A stretch of 63,582 nt of DNA, filler included, from Choristocarpus tenellus KU-1152 (GCA_964200185.2; 12 parts of 12 records of this genome joined end to end with filler, not necessarily neighbours in it), one strand, 5' to 3'; positions 13,421-27,699 are shown, numbered from the whole stretch's first letter. Numbers and translations: made by a program. The notes: generated by a model not told the origin, from the sequence alone.

Positions 13421-16399
13421 TTTTTTGCAGGTATCAGGTACGGGATAATTGAAGAAGGGATACGCCACCTCAAACCAGCGATCTACCTTAGGATGTGAGA
13501 GGTTATAGGAGCGAACCGCGTGTTTATATCTCTCCTTTTTCAACTCGTTGACCTTGAGAGCCACATATAGCCCGTGCGCGGTTGGTGGGGTTCTCTCACC
13601 CGCGCGATATTAGAGCGGTTGCACGGACAAATTGATTCAACAGTGACATCTCGAATAGATGACTTCTCTAAAACACTATTGTAATACTTTTTATGGGCTG
13701 AGTGGGGTGGGGATCTGCAAGTGGATCTCAGAAGTTGTCACATGACTATTAGGAGCTTACTGGAGCAGAAAATATATTCAACCAAATAAAGTGGTATCCC
13801 ACATCCACATTCCATAGTGGACATGTTGTTCACTCTATGTTCCTGATAGGAGTTCAGACGGGGAAACCAGGTACATCTACCCATGTGTTCAAGTGATTTG
13901 GAGAAAACATAATAGTCTTTTAACTGCAACCTCATGGCAACAGTGTTTGCTAATTTCGGTTTGCCAGAAAAGATCATCCAGCAGTTCCACCTTCGAATGG
14001 AGGTATGTAACTTTGGTATGTGGGTATGCGTATGTATGATTGGCAGAGGGTCACCGACTACTTTTTGAGGTTGGGCACGGACTTCAACAAGGATTTGTCC
14101 TTGCATATCCCCCTTTTGTCTCTTCTTCACCAGTGCTAAGCGTAGCAGTGAAGTAGTTCAACGCTGACGTTGTTGCTAAGGGACTAGTCCTCGTGACAGG
14201 GCTGGAACAAGACAATGAGGTTGAGGGACAACAAAGATTCAGGATCCCTTGAATGGCGTCTGTGGGATAACTATTTGCTGATGAAGCGGGAAGTGTGTCC
14301 AACACACAAAGAAGTTTGGCCAAGGTGACCTTCATCGTGAAGGTGGTCCGAACGTTTGGATCGACCTTATTTAAAAGTGGACAAAAAACCATGTTCGGTC
14401 GACATCCCAAAAAGGCAGACAACGTGATACAGATCCATGCTTCGGGTCAGAGCTACAAGTTGAACGACAAGTTTGTTTTTCTTCAAGGCACCATGAGCGA
14501 TTATGCTGCTATGACCGCCATAATCAGTTCGCAGATCCAACAAATGTACCACACGACGACTTGACAGCTGAATTATGTGAGGTGCTCGCACATGGTTACT
14601 TGGCATAGACAGTCGACAACGGATGTCTTGTCGAGCTCTGCGCCAAAACCACAAACTCCTGGTGCATTGCATCTGCTACCGCAAAAAGGAAAGCACTGAT
14701 CACACACTGCGATACTAAGATGCACACCAGATAGGGTGTGATGGCATCGAGGTTACTGGAGAAACAAATGTTCCTGTTGGTAGATCAATTGTGCGTATGG
14801 GGGATGTGTACCTACCTCAGGATCTGATTTTTGGAAACTTGAGATGGAAACAGGGTGAGGAAGAAGTGGTGGGTGTGTTTACCAGACGATGTTTGTTGGA
14901 CATCTAAGAATCCTGGTGGAGGGGAGGTATGCACAGACAGAAACCAATATACAGGTGGTACAGAGGTTTTGCTGATGGAGTGAAGGACTTCATGGACAGC
15001 TGGCATGCCAATGAATGCGTATAGACTGTAGTCCTCCATGCTTTAGCAGCCAAAGCAGATGAGCCTGCACTAATGATCATTACTGCCTAGTGAGGAATTC
15101 TGTTTATGTTGTGATATGTACTACATGGCGTTCACATGGGTGGAAGTGCCTTGAGCCATATAGTTGCTACGTTTTGCTTTTTCTGTTATTACTTCTCTCC
15201 ATTACCCTTCAACCACAGACCTAAGAATCAGAATTTTGAAATAGATAGTAACGAAGATGGGTGTAGCTGTTGCTAGAAGTTAAGGTGCACAGATAGCTGT
15301 AACCATTGTTAAGAGACGCCCCACCCACCCACCCTTCCCTTGTTGATACGTGCCTGAAGTATCAGGATAAAAATGTGGACCCAGGAGTTGAAATGCTCTG
15401 AATTTTTCTCCTCTATTACTACATTTGTCTATTTTTGTCAGTAGCTGCTCAATCCCTTGTCATTTTGCACTTGCCTCCTATGGCACAGCCCCCCCTCGAT
15501 ATGTCCTGGTGCTGCTCAAAGTTAACTAATCAGTGCTGTGAATCACAACAATGATTTAATTGTGTCGATTCATTTAATAAAGGAATAATGAAGATAGAAT
15601 CAATCACAGACAACTTTTTGGTTTATTGATTATTTTATCCAACCAATACACACCACTTGATTTGCTTAAACTTCACACTTGGGTGCTTCATACGCACATG
15701 ATTCAATCGAGTTGATCGAATCATTTTGAGCAGATTGATGAGCGACTCTTTTAACTATTTCAATCAGCAAGACTTTGCTTTCCCATTTTTTCCCTTACCT
15801 ACCAGATTCCCCCTCTTGCCTTCCCGATGCCAATGGAAGTTCCTCTTGACATTTTTTGTCTCAGAAACATCTTCAAGCCTCACGTTATAAACAATCTGGT
15901 CTATGGCAGCCTAGTTTGCTGTGGACACTGCAGGACCCTCATTGTTCATGATTTCCTTGTCTCTAACACACCATTTTTTCCTTATTTGGGTCACCTTGTA
16001 CAATACACTGTATCTGTAATCTATCAATAGTCACATCTCTGGGCGAGTGTACTCCTGTCTACATTGAATAATGTCTATAGTATTTCACAAGACAATAGAG
16101 ATGTTAAAAAGCAACAGGGCTGCAAGTGGGAGAGTAGCGTCATTTGGCTATAGAAAGACAACAACGGCAGTAACAGCATTTTCTTGCTGTGTATGACCTT
16201 GCAGCATCCGTGGAGGGTAGACTATACACTGGTGGCTACACACAGACCATTGATAGATTACACGCCGGCATTGATCTGGGATGGAGTCAACGTAAACAAG
16301 TCATACGTAGGTTTTGGTTGTTTTGTATTTCAACTGTTTTATAACCTTTTGCAATTCACCCATATTTGTATGAAATGGAGTTGTAAGTTTTATTAGGTG

Positions 16400-16535
16400 T
16401 TTATTTCTCTGATGTTTGAAACTTTTTTACATAATTCAGACAATATCCTACACTCCTTAAAAAGCCGAATTTTGGACATATATTGGTCAGCATCCTTAAA
16501 CTTCAACTCTAGGCACCTCTCATTTACTTTGACTC
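16400..16535 (+). mobile_element. TIR element family E, right end
   Basis: About 100 bp similar to 18050-18155, ending cctctcatttactttgactc (reverse complement GAGTCAAAGTA). The left boundary is approximate. Confidence 0.7.
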
Positions 16536-16539
16536 ACGA

Positions 16540-17200
16540 AGATGACTTGTTCTATGTGCTGGTGAGGGCTATAGACGAGCATAAATTTGCTGATGACACA
16601 GCATTGATTGAAGTGATAGAGGAGATAGCATGACTGCACATTGAAAAGAACCTGGTATGGTCTGTTCACAGAGACAGCCACAATTATGCACTGGTTAGGG
16701 CCATACACAGAACATTAAGCATCCAGGTTTACACATCAGTACAGTATTAATTGAAGCATAGAAGATGGATGGATGCAGCACGATTATGCACAGATTTAAC
16801 ATTTGTGAACTCTTTGCATGGACTACCATTTGTAAACTACAAAACACAATCAAACATGTCAAACTGTGTATGTCTCCTGAGTCATTCTTTTGGTATTGAT
16901 GAGAGCATATGTTCCACACCTCCCTAAGCATGAAGCACGGTCTGACCTTGGTCGCATTCAGGTGCAGGATCGACATTGGAAACGCGGATTGATTCCATTT
17001 GAGCGTTGAATGCCATGAAGTTCCCACCTCATGTGAAAGGCCATAATCTTTGAGTGGTATTATTAACATCAGGGCACCGAGGGTCAGCAGAGTGCCAATG
17101 AACCATCTGGTTGCATTTTTGTGCCGTTGGGTCAAATTCATGAAATCGCATAGTATGCAAGCATGCAAATGAATGTGTGAGAATGATACCACCTACCCAA
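16540..17200 (+). pseudogene. degraded non-LTR (LINE) reverse-transcriptase fragment
   Basis: HKFADDTALI at about 16580-16610 resembles the (Y/F)ADD catalytic motif of LINE RTs. Stops follow; extent is approximate. Confidence 0.4.
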
Positions 17201-17779
17201 ACAGAGTGCACTAGAGTCGCACCCCAAACTGTACTCTGCCTTACTCTTCAACCCACTGAAGCGATCCCTCAGGCAATTTTATACGCTCTGCTTTGCTTCA
17301 CAATATCAATAATCTTATTATTTATCTGCACGATGGCATCCTGTCTATGAATGAAATGATCCCTAGGGTGATTTTACTTCCTCCGATTTACTTCACAACA
17401 GCAATATTCTTATCATTTATACGCAAGGTGCCGCACTATGAATGTGCTGAGTAACTCTGAGTATAAAATAGAAGAGCAGTGTCTCTTCGTCTGTGTGTGT
17501 TACTACGAACAGGCATGTCATAACCCCTGTTGTTCTCACGCGTACACTGATGCCAGTGATTTTCACATATTATTTTCACGTTCTTTTTTAGTTCAGGTTT
17601 TGAGTAGGATCAACCCCATCGCCCACATTTTTGTGGTTCACCCCCACTTGTGTTGGTGTGCCCTCGTATGGGTAATGAGAGCGGGGGGGACAATGGGACT
17701 TGCCAGGTACTGGTTTTGCTCCTCATTCTCCGTCTTTTTCTAATCGATGTTATATTATTATTTTGCCTTTGGGATTTTC

Positions 17780-17830
17780 CTGATGTGTCAGGGGAAAAAC
17801 AATGGAAACTATTTACATGTCAGAAAAGTC
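17780..17830. mobile_element. fragment of family D TIR
   Basis: gatgtgtcaggggaaaaacaatggaaactatttacatgtcagaa matches 25863-25903 and 31999-32044. Confidence 0.7.
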
Positions 17831-17889
17831 AGTGTTATCGTCTCAAAATATTGCGTGACTGGTCACTATCTTGCGTGGTGGTGTACTCG

Positions 17890-18155
17890 TTAATTGAAGT
17901 AAAACCGAGAGGTACCCAGGTTTTTTACTGTTTTCCATTTTAAATATGTTTTTCAATCTTTTACAATTAACCCATATTTCTATGGATGAAGTTCTAAGTT
18001 CGAGTTGAGAAAGTGTATTTCTCTCTTGTTTGAACCTTTTCCGAGACAATTCAGAAAAGATCCTACACACATTTGTGAAAAAAAGCCGAATTTTGCACAT
18101 GCTTGTCAGCATCCTTAAAATGCAACTCTGGTGTACCTCTCATTTACTTTGACTC
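17890..18155 (+). mobile_element. TIR element family E (about 265 bp)
   Basis: Right end is catttactttgactc. The degenerate left end gaagtaaaaccgagaggtacccaggtttt is the reverse complement of the terminus seen at 19938-19969. Confidence 0.65.
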
Positions 18156-19920
18156 GGTATTGACTATCGATATTACACATGTCCTCGTCTCAAGCATCAC
18201 ACGCCACCCAACCGTACTGCTTACCGTGTGTTGTGCTTACTCTATAGTAGTACCTGATCTTTGCCATCTCATGTCTTGTGTGTAGTATCTCACTCTTATT
18301 ATATTCCGAAGTAAAGTTATTATTACCACTATAAAATATATTAGTAGGATGTGTAGTTGTAGGAGTGATAGGTATGTAACTGCAGCAGGTAAGGGATGAC
18401 CAAAAACCGTGACGTGTGGCATAGAGATGCATGGAACGAGCAGAATAAACTTGATATCGTCAGCTGCAAGACGCTAGGAGCTGTGCAGAACACACAAGGT
18501 GTATCCTCTGAATGTGGCTGGAAGAAGCGTTGCATGCGATCCATCAACTCCTCACAACAAAAAAACTACACGAAGATCAATAAAATTGTGTATTGTACTC
18601 TGGAGTAACTTTAAATATTCATATTTTTGTGTAGACTTTTTCATATCATTGACCATACCCACTGCCACTGATTCTCTCTTCTTTACAACATGTCAATGTC
18701 GCGCTGGTTGTGCCAGACTCTGTCAGTTCTCATCATGCCTATTATTGTTCTAAAGAACGTTCCGTGTTGTGAATTACAATGATTTAGTCCAGGTGGTCTG
18801 TTTTATCAACGGTTAGGCAAGGTCATGGTTGAGACTTTTTAACATGTCAATTACTTTTTCTTACTTTTATACACTCTACACGCGATTAGCTTCCTTGAAT
18901 CCTCCTAAGACTCGGCACTTTGCACACCTCGCGTCGCTTTACACGCTTTCATATTTCACATATCAAATACTTAGGTCCGATTTGTGACATCCTTGTAAGT
19001 AGACTCGATTGACAAGACTATTTAAGTGTACCAAGTATTTTATATTTGTAGTCCCTACATTGATATACATGAAACTCTCGGCGATTGACTACCATCAGAC
19101 ACCCTAAACTTTCTGCTTCAACCCGCACCCCAACCATTTTTTCAGATATCATTGGGTGAAAAGTTAGCCAAGAGTGTAAGACCCTAATTTTTTGCTGGCT
19201 GGTGGGACTTGGACTGTGATGTGTTAATTCTATTTGTATTTTTATCTATTTTCTGCAGCCCACTTTTTATATTTCAGTTATCAACAGTCTGGCCCATACT
19301 TACACGATTACATGACTGAGTTCATCTATGATCAACACACGATGGTATAGATAGGCAGCCCATCCCCTGTCACTCTCCGTTGCTTCTAGAGGACTGTGGC
19401 ACGAGTCTTCCTCACCTCCTCTTTCATTGTACCAACATTGTTATCAGGGGGTCCTCGTTTAACACAAAATAATTGTGGGCTCAGCACTGTGTAGGTGGGA
19501 GAGCCTGTTCTGTTCCTGGCTGTTGCAATCACACACCTCTAACTAGAGCATCTACACCCTCTGCATATATATGAGACTATCATCAAAATCCTATCCTGGT
19601 CATGGACAGGTCTACGACAGCGCATTTGGTCCCGCCATGATGTTGGTGTCATAGCGTCAGTAACATTTGACTTGACAGGGACATCCAACCTCTGTGGGTG
19701 TATTCCTTGGCTCAAGTATGGAAATTACATTGTGTTGAGTAACAGGGCCATGATGGGTGATGGTGTTTGACTAAAGAGGGAACGGTAGGATCAAGGTGTG
19801 TCTTGGTGACATATTTTTACGGATCACTACACGGCATCAGCATCAATCAAGGTAGCACTCTGGGGAAGGAAGGATATGGAAGACACATGGATTGAGTCGT
19901 AAGAAAATGCAAAACTGACT

Positions 19921-19969
19921 TTAAATGCCACACGGTCAAAACCTGGGTACATCTCATTTACTTTGACTC
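19921..19969 (-). mobile_element. family E terminus
   Basis: aaaacctgggtacatctcatttactttgactc. Confidence 0.6.
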
Positions 19970-21255
19970 ATAGTGTTACAGACGAATAGCGCGAGCGTTA
20001 CTTCTTGTGTTCCAACGAAGTGCGAGCATTTGTTACACGCGAATAGCGCGAGCATTTTCTTCTTATGTTTGAGGAAATACGAACATTTGTGACAGACGTA
20101 CAGTGTGAGGATTGTTTCTCGAGTTCTGACAAGTACGGACTATATACGATATTAGTAACACATAGGTAGCCTTAGAGAATAAGTTATTATTTTGAGAAGG
20201 TGCAGAATAAGATTCGGAATACCTACGTAACATTCCAGAGGAAAATGTCAAAGTCACTAAGAAGTTGAAGAATAAAGACTTATGATTGGAGTACCTATAG
20301 AGTAGTTGATAGAAGACCAACGAAATTGGGTGGATGATGAAAATAATAAGAGAGATTTTTAATGGTAACACACTTTTTACCTCCCTTATGGCCCAGTCTT
20401 TTATCTTTGAACGAAGCATTGAGTCAAGCTTTGAGCTAAGCACTGAGTGGAGTATCTAGAGAAAGGCTATCTGACACCCTACAACCCGTTGTAAAAGGCA
20501 ATGCCCCCATAGCGTCGTTTTAAGGTCGTTGGATTTGGGTTGTACATCCTGGGAAAGTGAACATTGAGGGGCGCCTGTAACAATAGCACAGCCAGGCAGT
20601 AACTATGCACCTGTGAGGTCTAGGTACAGACCATCGATTCGGGACTAGACAAACATCATCAGATACTAGAGTGACGCTCTACCCAGTTTGAGTGTACAGG
20701 ACCCCATAAAGTTTAGTTGTCTGCAGATCAGGAACAGCAAAGTTCAGGGAGTTTTGTTACACGTGAACGAGTAGACAACTGTATGTAGTGTAACGCTTCC
20801 AATTTATCTTTACACAGAAAGGACAATACATGAACGAGGTGTACCGAATTTTTTTCAGAAGCTTTGTGTCAGTATTGTGGTAAGTGATGTGGATGGAGCG
20901 TCTATGATGTGTTGCGTATGTTTTGGAATGGAAGAGGAATGGTCGAAAGAGGATGTACCCTCATGTGTTCAGACCGAAAGGGGGTATCACAAGTGGCCGT
21001 ACTTGGTAGACCGTTTTCCATTGTTCTCCGTGCCTTTTCATATTGAAACGTATCAGACTTTTCCTTAGGGACTTCATAGTGGAATATTTACAACGTAGTG
21101 ACGTGTGAGGGTGGAATGCATTGCAGATTCCAGGTCACAAGGGTTCGTGGTCTGTGTTCTGTTATTTGGATTCTCGTACGCTAGCACCTTAGTGAATCTT
21201 CCATGTCACCAGCAATTAAATCAGTATGTTAAATAAGGTTCTTCTCACTTACATA

Positions 21256-21498
21256 GAATTAAAGTATCATAGAGGGTAAGAGTTTTGCCCTTTTCATCCA
21301 TTTGGGGCTTGGCTTCCCACGGGTATTTATGGACATTTTCCTACTTCGAAATGTTTCGAAGGAGGTAAAATGTATACGTTATGAAAAGGTGTGTCTGGAA
21401 CAAGGATATTGACATCTCCTAACAAACATGATAGCCAAAATGACATAAAAATTGCAACATTGGATTTTGGCCACCAAATGGACGTGGCTCTACCCTCT
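21256..21498 (-). mobile_element. MITE family A, diverged and 3'-eroded copy
   Basis: Colinear with 33107-33364 (aaagtatcatagagggta...aaaaggtgtgtctggaacaagg...caaatggacg...taccctct). Confidence 0.85.
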
Positions 21499-22023
21499 CT
21501 ATGGTCCCTTAACAAAGATTCTCATGTGGAAGAATTCTCTACCACCTATCTTTGATTTTTTTTCTGAAAATATCATTAAGCCTTATCATATTATTCCATG
21601 GATATTGAAGCAATTTTGGAAAGTTGGGAGAGGGTTCCGACGGCAAAAACAAGCGCTTAGCAGGACATTAATGGATACAGTTTATGATTCCTAGGCCTGA
21701 AACGGGTATGTACTATTTATACTATGGGTCACCAAAGAGTGAAAGTGATGCAAGTTCAAAATTGTAGATGGCAAAGGATACATCCCCAAATTCCAGACAA
21801 AGAGGGTGCTATTTAAAGTATCGCTCGAGATCACGCTGATATTGGTCGGTTTCATAGAGATACGCGGAGTAAATTTCCCCTAGAATAATTTGGAATAGTG
21901 TTGTCTTCGGACTATAAACGTGGAGGTACTCCCTCTTGTCCACTCCTTGGACTGGAATGTTATGGGATACAAAGTACTGCCAAGAGGTGAAGAACATTAT
22001 GTATGTACAGGTTTTGGACTGGA

Positions 22024-22182
22024 GGGTCAAAGTATCGGGGGGGGGNNNNNNNNNNNNNNNNNNNNNNNNNNNNNNNNNNNNNNNNNNNNTTAATTAATTA
22101 ANNNNNNNNNNNNNNNNNNNNNNNNNNNNNNNNNNNNNNNNNNNNAACGGACGCCGGCACCCCCCCCCAGACACTTTGACCC
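22024..22182 (+). mobile_element. MITE family C termini on both sides of an assembly spacer
   Basis: gggtcaaagtatc before the gap and cagacactttgaccc after it. The flanks (tgga / atag) do not form a TSD, so these may be two different copies. Confidence 0.75.
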
Positions 22183-22559
22183 ATAGCACGTATGATAAGT
22201 AGATACGATTATTTTCTGATTATCCATGTGGACGTTGCAAATCCCACATGGTAGGCTGCACTGATCTTACCCATCTTCTCAGTCATCGGAGTAGAGACCA
22301 AGGCCCCTTGTATTTCTAACATTGTTCATCTACGTCAAGCTGTTCTTTGTCCTTCATTAAAGCATCATAAAAGCCGCGGGTCCAGTGTGGGATAGTTCAA
22401 CAGTTTAAACTATGGACTGATCAAGTATATTGGTCCTTTTTCTTTTGAAGGAATATGCTACAACTGTGGAGGTAAAGGACACCTTCAGATCGTTTGTCGC
22501 CAGAAGAGAGCGACACCATCTAAACAGGCGGAGGAATTAGCTGGACCAGGGTTGGAGCC

Positions 22560-23220
22560 AGAAAATAAAAACAGAGGAAGGTTGTCAACAAAGAGCTGCC
22601 TGCATAAGACATGTAAATCTGGGAAGTAAATAATATCTACTCCAGACCACCAAGAACCATCTTCTATATCAGAGGCATTCATGGGGCCTGACACGCGAGA
22701 ATGGCAAGCGGCAATGGAGAAGATGGAGCAACAATGGATGAAAGGAACATTCATAGAGGGAGAGATTTTGACTGACATGGGGAAGAAATCCTGTCAAGAC
22801 TAAGTCTGAATTTAAGATAAAGCCAACAGCTGAGGGGACCATTGAACAGTTCAAGGCCAGATTGGCGGCACAGGACTTCACTCAACAAGAGGATGTACAA
22901 AACATTATATTTTGATAAACTTCAAGCCTGTGGGAGTGAGTGCTAAGTTCAACAAGAGAAACAGCAGAAGGGTGCTGGTTCAAATTTGCATCCATACACT
23001 AAGCGAGGGATCATCATGGGACAGGATGGTACATCACTGCATTGGTACATCTCTAAAGAAGCAGGTACAAGACTTCGTAGACACTGTGTTGACTAGATGA
23101 ATGACATATGTTATAGTTCAAGTAATCAGTGTTTTTTTACTGCTTTGACAGGATAAATGTGATGTGTGTGAGAGTTGAACCAATCTGACTTCTTTTACTT
23201 CCACTCTCATGGGGGAGTGT
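22560..23220 (+). mobile_element. Ty1/Copia LTR retrotransposon remnant (RT N-terminus, PPT and 3' LTR start)
   Basis: EPSSISEAFMGPDTREWQAAMEK followed, after a frameshift, by PVKTKSEFKIKPTAEGTIEQFKARLAAQDFTQQEDV, matching the Copia RT signature KARLVAxGFxQ. Polypurine tract gggggag at 23211-23217 is followed by TG at 23218. Confidence 0.85.
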
Positions 23221-25062
23221 GCAAAATAAGACAATAGTGAGGTGTACATTATTTTGTGTATGAGAGATTATTCATGTATCCATGAGATGATGTAACTAAA
23301 GAGGTAGTATATCCGGATTATGAATGGGATTGTGTATGGGTTTTTATTCTGCATTCAACTACTTTGGCATTACCGTTGAATTAGATAGGAAGCACAAAAT
23401 AATATTAAAACAAGCAATGAGAAGATACCCCACAAAGGCCACTCTTCTAATTTCAACCATGTAATCACGTTCAGCAAAGGGGATCGTATGAGGCTTCACA
23501 CCTTCTTGTCTTCACTACTGATAAATAGCATTACTTCCCAAGGTAAATTGCACAGTACATGCTCTGAGTATGGTACCTTGTGAAGAAGGGTTTATGACGA
23601 TGTTTTAACTCTGACTATATTACATCCTGTTGTGTAGAGGTACACTTAGTGCAGAGTGGAACTCGAAGTGTACTGGTGTGTGCATCCAATATTGGTAAGT
23701 TCTGAAAGGTATTTGATGTGGAAAGACCTGCCCCAACCTTGAAGTGTTTGTTGGGATGTTATTTTGATACACTACTTGCAGGTTGCTGGTTGTGTGGTAT
23801 GGTTTTTGATATTCTTCAGTGTTTTCGTAGCATAGAAGAGTGTCAATGGATTTGCTTTGAATCTATTTCAGGCGTTTGGGATGACGACATGCTGTCTGGA
23901 TTTCCGTGCGTATTACCATTGGTTGCACAATGCACAGCTGCATGCCAGAGTTTTTCTGGATTGCAGAGATGGTATTTTTATGTAGCACCGACTTCTAGTT
24001 ATGTCTGTGGCTTGATTATGTCCCTCTGCGCAACACTCCTTGTGTGCAAATGTTTTGCTCAGTATGGGCCACCATGGTGCCTGTATGCACCGGGTACTGT
24101 GTCCCATAAGATGTCATACCCACCCACAGTTTGTTACGTGCTCATACCAAGATTGTTGTTGGTTCTACTTACATGACTGGGTAGTCATGATGGACTCTGT
24201 TATTTCTGCTTGGCATTCCCACTGATTGGTCGTTTTAAAGCTGTTTTATTTCATAGTGCATTGTTCCTGCATTATTATCAGCTGAAAGTCATTTCAAACA
24301 ATGAAATGTATGACCAGGGGCTAATTTGATAGCACATGCCTCATTTGATAAGGAAAGTCAGAGTTGCATGGTTAGTTTTTGCTGAACTACTGGGGCTAGC
24401 TAAATGTAGTACTCTCATCTTGTTGGACTTGAATTTCTTCATGTCTGTGTTTGAAGTATTATTCACTGAGTTCAGTAGCTAGTTGTGCCTAGTGACCACT
24501 CACAGTTGTTTGAGGTAGGGAGGGTGTTCGAATAGACTCTCCGAAGTGTATCAGAGATAACCAGTACTCCAGTATTATACATGTAGAGTCAGTATGCAAG
24601 AGTTGTTAGTTGGTAAACCCATATTTGCCCTTGCATATGAATGGATGGGTAGGAATTGGCTCTATTGAATCATGGTGTTTTAAGGTAGTATGGTTGCCCC
24701 CTCTATTTACGATAATCACTCCTCTACAACATTTGGTATTGTCCCTTTAATTATCACTCCTATCCATATACATGAGTCGGAGAATACTTTATCAACCCGT
24801 AGCCTCTCCATTGCTCATTGACCGAAGAGCTTCAGCCATTTCCACCTCTTTTGGTGAGTGAGTGTGGGCCATGAGCGTGGATTATTGGTTGAGGCCTGTC
24901 AGCCCAACAAGGGTTGAGATCAACGGACTAAATGTAAAGAAGCTGCGAAATATCTCCTCCATTCTACTATGGATGCTGATGCCCTCAGCAGCTGGCTAAA
25001 CCTGTCACTGACTGTGTGTCAGGGTCTCTGTCTAGTTCTCTCTACCGTGAGTCCTTTCGAGT

Positions 25063-25152
25063 AGGGTCAAAGTATCTGGGGGGGGGGGGGGGGGTTGTGA
25101 GGGGGCGCCCGTTTCGGTCAAACAACTCTTTTTTTGGAGACATTCCAAATCC
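25063..25152 (+). mobile_element. MITE family C, truncated by gap
   Basis: gggtcaaagtatct, a G-tract and ggggcgcccgtttcggtcaaacaactctttt match 25561-25730. Confidence 0.85.
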
Positions 25153-25534
25153 NNNNNNNNNNNNNNNNNNNNNNNNNNNNNNNNNNNNNNNNNNNNTTAA
25201 TTAATTAANNNNNNNNNNNNNNNNNNNNNNNNNNNNNNNNNNNNNNNNNNNNGTAGTGGGTGCGCTTTCGCGCCTCAGCTGCAGCAGCAGCTACACCATT
25301 GCTGGTGGATGAGTGGGTAACGTTAGAGGTTGCCTGTATCTCTGCGAAGGTGACGTCCAGCAGAAGACCTTTGTCCCTGTAGGGAGCTGTTCCAGCATCT
25401 GCTAGTGCCCCTCATGTCAAAGAGCAATATCAAGTCGTGGCAATATACCGCGTAGGGCGATATGATTGCAACGTGGATACTTACTAAAATATATAATACT
25501 TACTAAATAGACTAATGTCTTTCACATTTATGAT

Positions 25535-25928
25535 AACTCTTACTTTTTAGGGGGTTTTCTGGGTCAAAGTATCCGGGGGGGGTGGTGGTGGTTGTGATGG
25601 GGCGTCCGTTTCAGTCAAATAACTCTTTTTTTTGCTGACATTTCACATGCGACCAAATCACACCAAAAAAGTGAAAATCGAAAAAAGGGTGAAAGACGGA
25701 CGCCGACACCCCCCCCAGATGCTTTGACCCTTCTGACGATGTGAATAGTTTTCATCATTGGTTTTTCCCTGGACGCATCTCCAAAATGTCAGAGGGCATA
25801 ATAATCAAATATCTCGTTTCGTAGTTTTTATTATTACTATTGTGCCCTGCGATATTTTCTATATGAGTCAGGGGAAAACCAATGAAAACTATTCACATGT
25901 CAGGATAACCCCTAAAGAAGTAACAGTT
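25535..25928. mobile_element. TIR element family D (about 65-bp imperfect TIRs), interrupted by a family C MITE
   Basis: Left arm aactcttactttttagggggttttct|gacgatgtgaatagttttcat...tggtttttccctg is the inverted counterpart of right arm caggggaaaaccaatgaaaactattcacatgtcaggataacccctaaagaagtaacagtt. Confidence 0.75.
25561..25730 (+). mobile_element. MITE family C, intact (170 bp), TSD TTCT
   Basis: TIRs gggtcaaagtatc...gatgctttgaccc, flanked on both sides by ttct. Confidence 0.92.
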
Positions 25929-26126
25929 GCCATACATGTGAAAGACATTTATTTATTTACTATTTTACTACCAGCTAAAGAATCATTACTGGTAGACGAG
26001 CCAACGGTCGGCACTAGTTGATGATACTGAACTGCATCGGTAAATGGTGGCGGAATCAGCCTATGTTTCAACACAAAAATCATGGAGAGTGTAACGGTAA
26101 GTTGTGGTAATCTACCGTGCAGATTG

Positions 26127-26307
26127 GACCCAAAGTATCTGGGGGGGGTGAGGGGTCTACACCAGGGTCTCCATTTGACCAAAACCAGGAAAAGTGCACT
26201 TACATTATCCATCCGACGTATGCAACCAAATCACCCAAAAATTGTGATATGGAAAAAATGAGCCCAAAATGGACACCCGCCACCCCCCCCCCCAGATACT
26301 TTGAGCC
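26127..26307 (+). mobile_element. MITE family B, intact (181 bp), TSD ATTG
   Basis: Termini gacccaaagtatct...agatactttgagcc, flanked on both sides by attg. Confidence 0.92.
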
Positions 26308-27439
26308 ATTGGTGTAATGCAGTGTTTGTATTTGTACTCAAAAGAACCACTAATAGTGGACGAAGCAACAGTCGAGACTAGTTGACGGTTTGAATTGTAT
26401 CCAGGAATGACAGAGGGTGCAGCGTATGTTTCAAAATTCAAGACCAATTTTGAGACCACATCAAAGAAAGGACCAGAGGAATAGATTTAAGGAAAATACT
26501 ATGAAACACCCTAAGATATGTTCTAGGCAAAGAGAAACTCGCCTCGACCAGAAAAAGGCCTTGAGACACTAGAGCCCATCTACTTGATATCCACGCCACA
26601 CCTCACGGTTCCTGTTTTTGTCCCCACAAACCGTAACTCTCACAAACACGTTGTCTGAATGGTGATAAAGAGGAATGCCTGTGAAGAGATTCCAGGAGAG
26701 GAGAAAATGATTTTAAAAAATGAAACCAACCTTCACAAGTACCAAAATTGCTCCAAAAATCAATTTGTAGTGATTACTTCTAATGTCTAGAACTCTACCC
26801 CACTTCCTATACTAAAAGCCCAAAATGTCAACAAAGAACAAGCAACACAGGATAAAACACTACATACATTGGTATAATCCCAATCCAAACAGGTTGCGAC
26901 CACTCTTAAGGGTCTAAAACTTTGCTCACCCTAACATACATGAAAACTAAACAGCCAAGCCAATGGAGAGGTAGGCCGGGTGGCATTTAAAGGGCCCTGA
27001 GAAGGGGAAAAAATAAAAAATAAATATGTACAAGTGTAGAAATAGTCTTTGCTGAATTGTGATGCCACTTTGTGCGTCCACAGAGATAATACATAATAAT
27101 ATACTCTGGAGTATCAATTTTCCAGCCACAAGTTGTGCGCAAAAAACAAAAAAAAGAGTGTACTGCGCAGGGTAGGAAAGATGGCTTAGAATGCAAAAGG
27201 TTCCAAATCTGCCTACCGCTCATTTGGTTTGACTCAATGTGTCCTTTCTTAGGCACATTGAGTAGAGGATATATTCGAGATAAGGATTTCAAATCCACTA
27301 CAAGAAGGTGAGACCAAATAAGTAGCGGATGAATACTGCATAAGGCACAGAGGCAGAGTCTGAACCAGAACATGCCCCCACAAGAGAGCCCTGTTCAATG
27401 AGATCTGGTCCAGATCCCTGTCCTCTTCAGCTCTATCAT

Positions 27440-27545
27440 GTGGGGGCATTGTCAATCTCTGCAAGCCAGTCCTTGCTACGATGTAGATCTTTTCTGCTGA
27501 CAGGTCCGCATAGTCGCTGTCACAGTAGCCCTCCATTAACGCATC
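27440..27545 (-). pseudogene. Copia RNase H N-terminal remnant
   Basis: LMEGYCDSDYADL resembles the Copia RNase H motif LxGYxDSDxA. Confidence 0.55.
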
Positions 27546-27699
27546 TCCAAGTCTGGGTAAGCAATTGAGTGTAATTACCTAGGCGCATGGGGTACTTGTT
27601 CGTGCTAGGATTTCGCAGATTGTGTTGCCGGATGTGAGTGATGCATTAGTTGATTGTCCAGTAACACTACTTCTCCGTTCGGATTTAAATGAAACATAA

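Noticed and set aside
13760-14700. Coding-like plus-strand stretch divergent from the zinc-finger gene
   Set aside because: Multiple in-frame stops and no motif I can recognise.
22090-22101. Recurrent TTAATTAATTAA palindrome
   Set aside because: It is always centred in N runs and is a synthetic six-frame stop linker.
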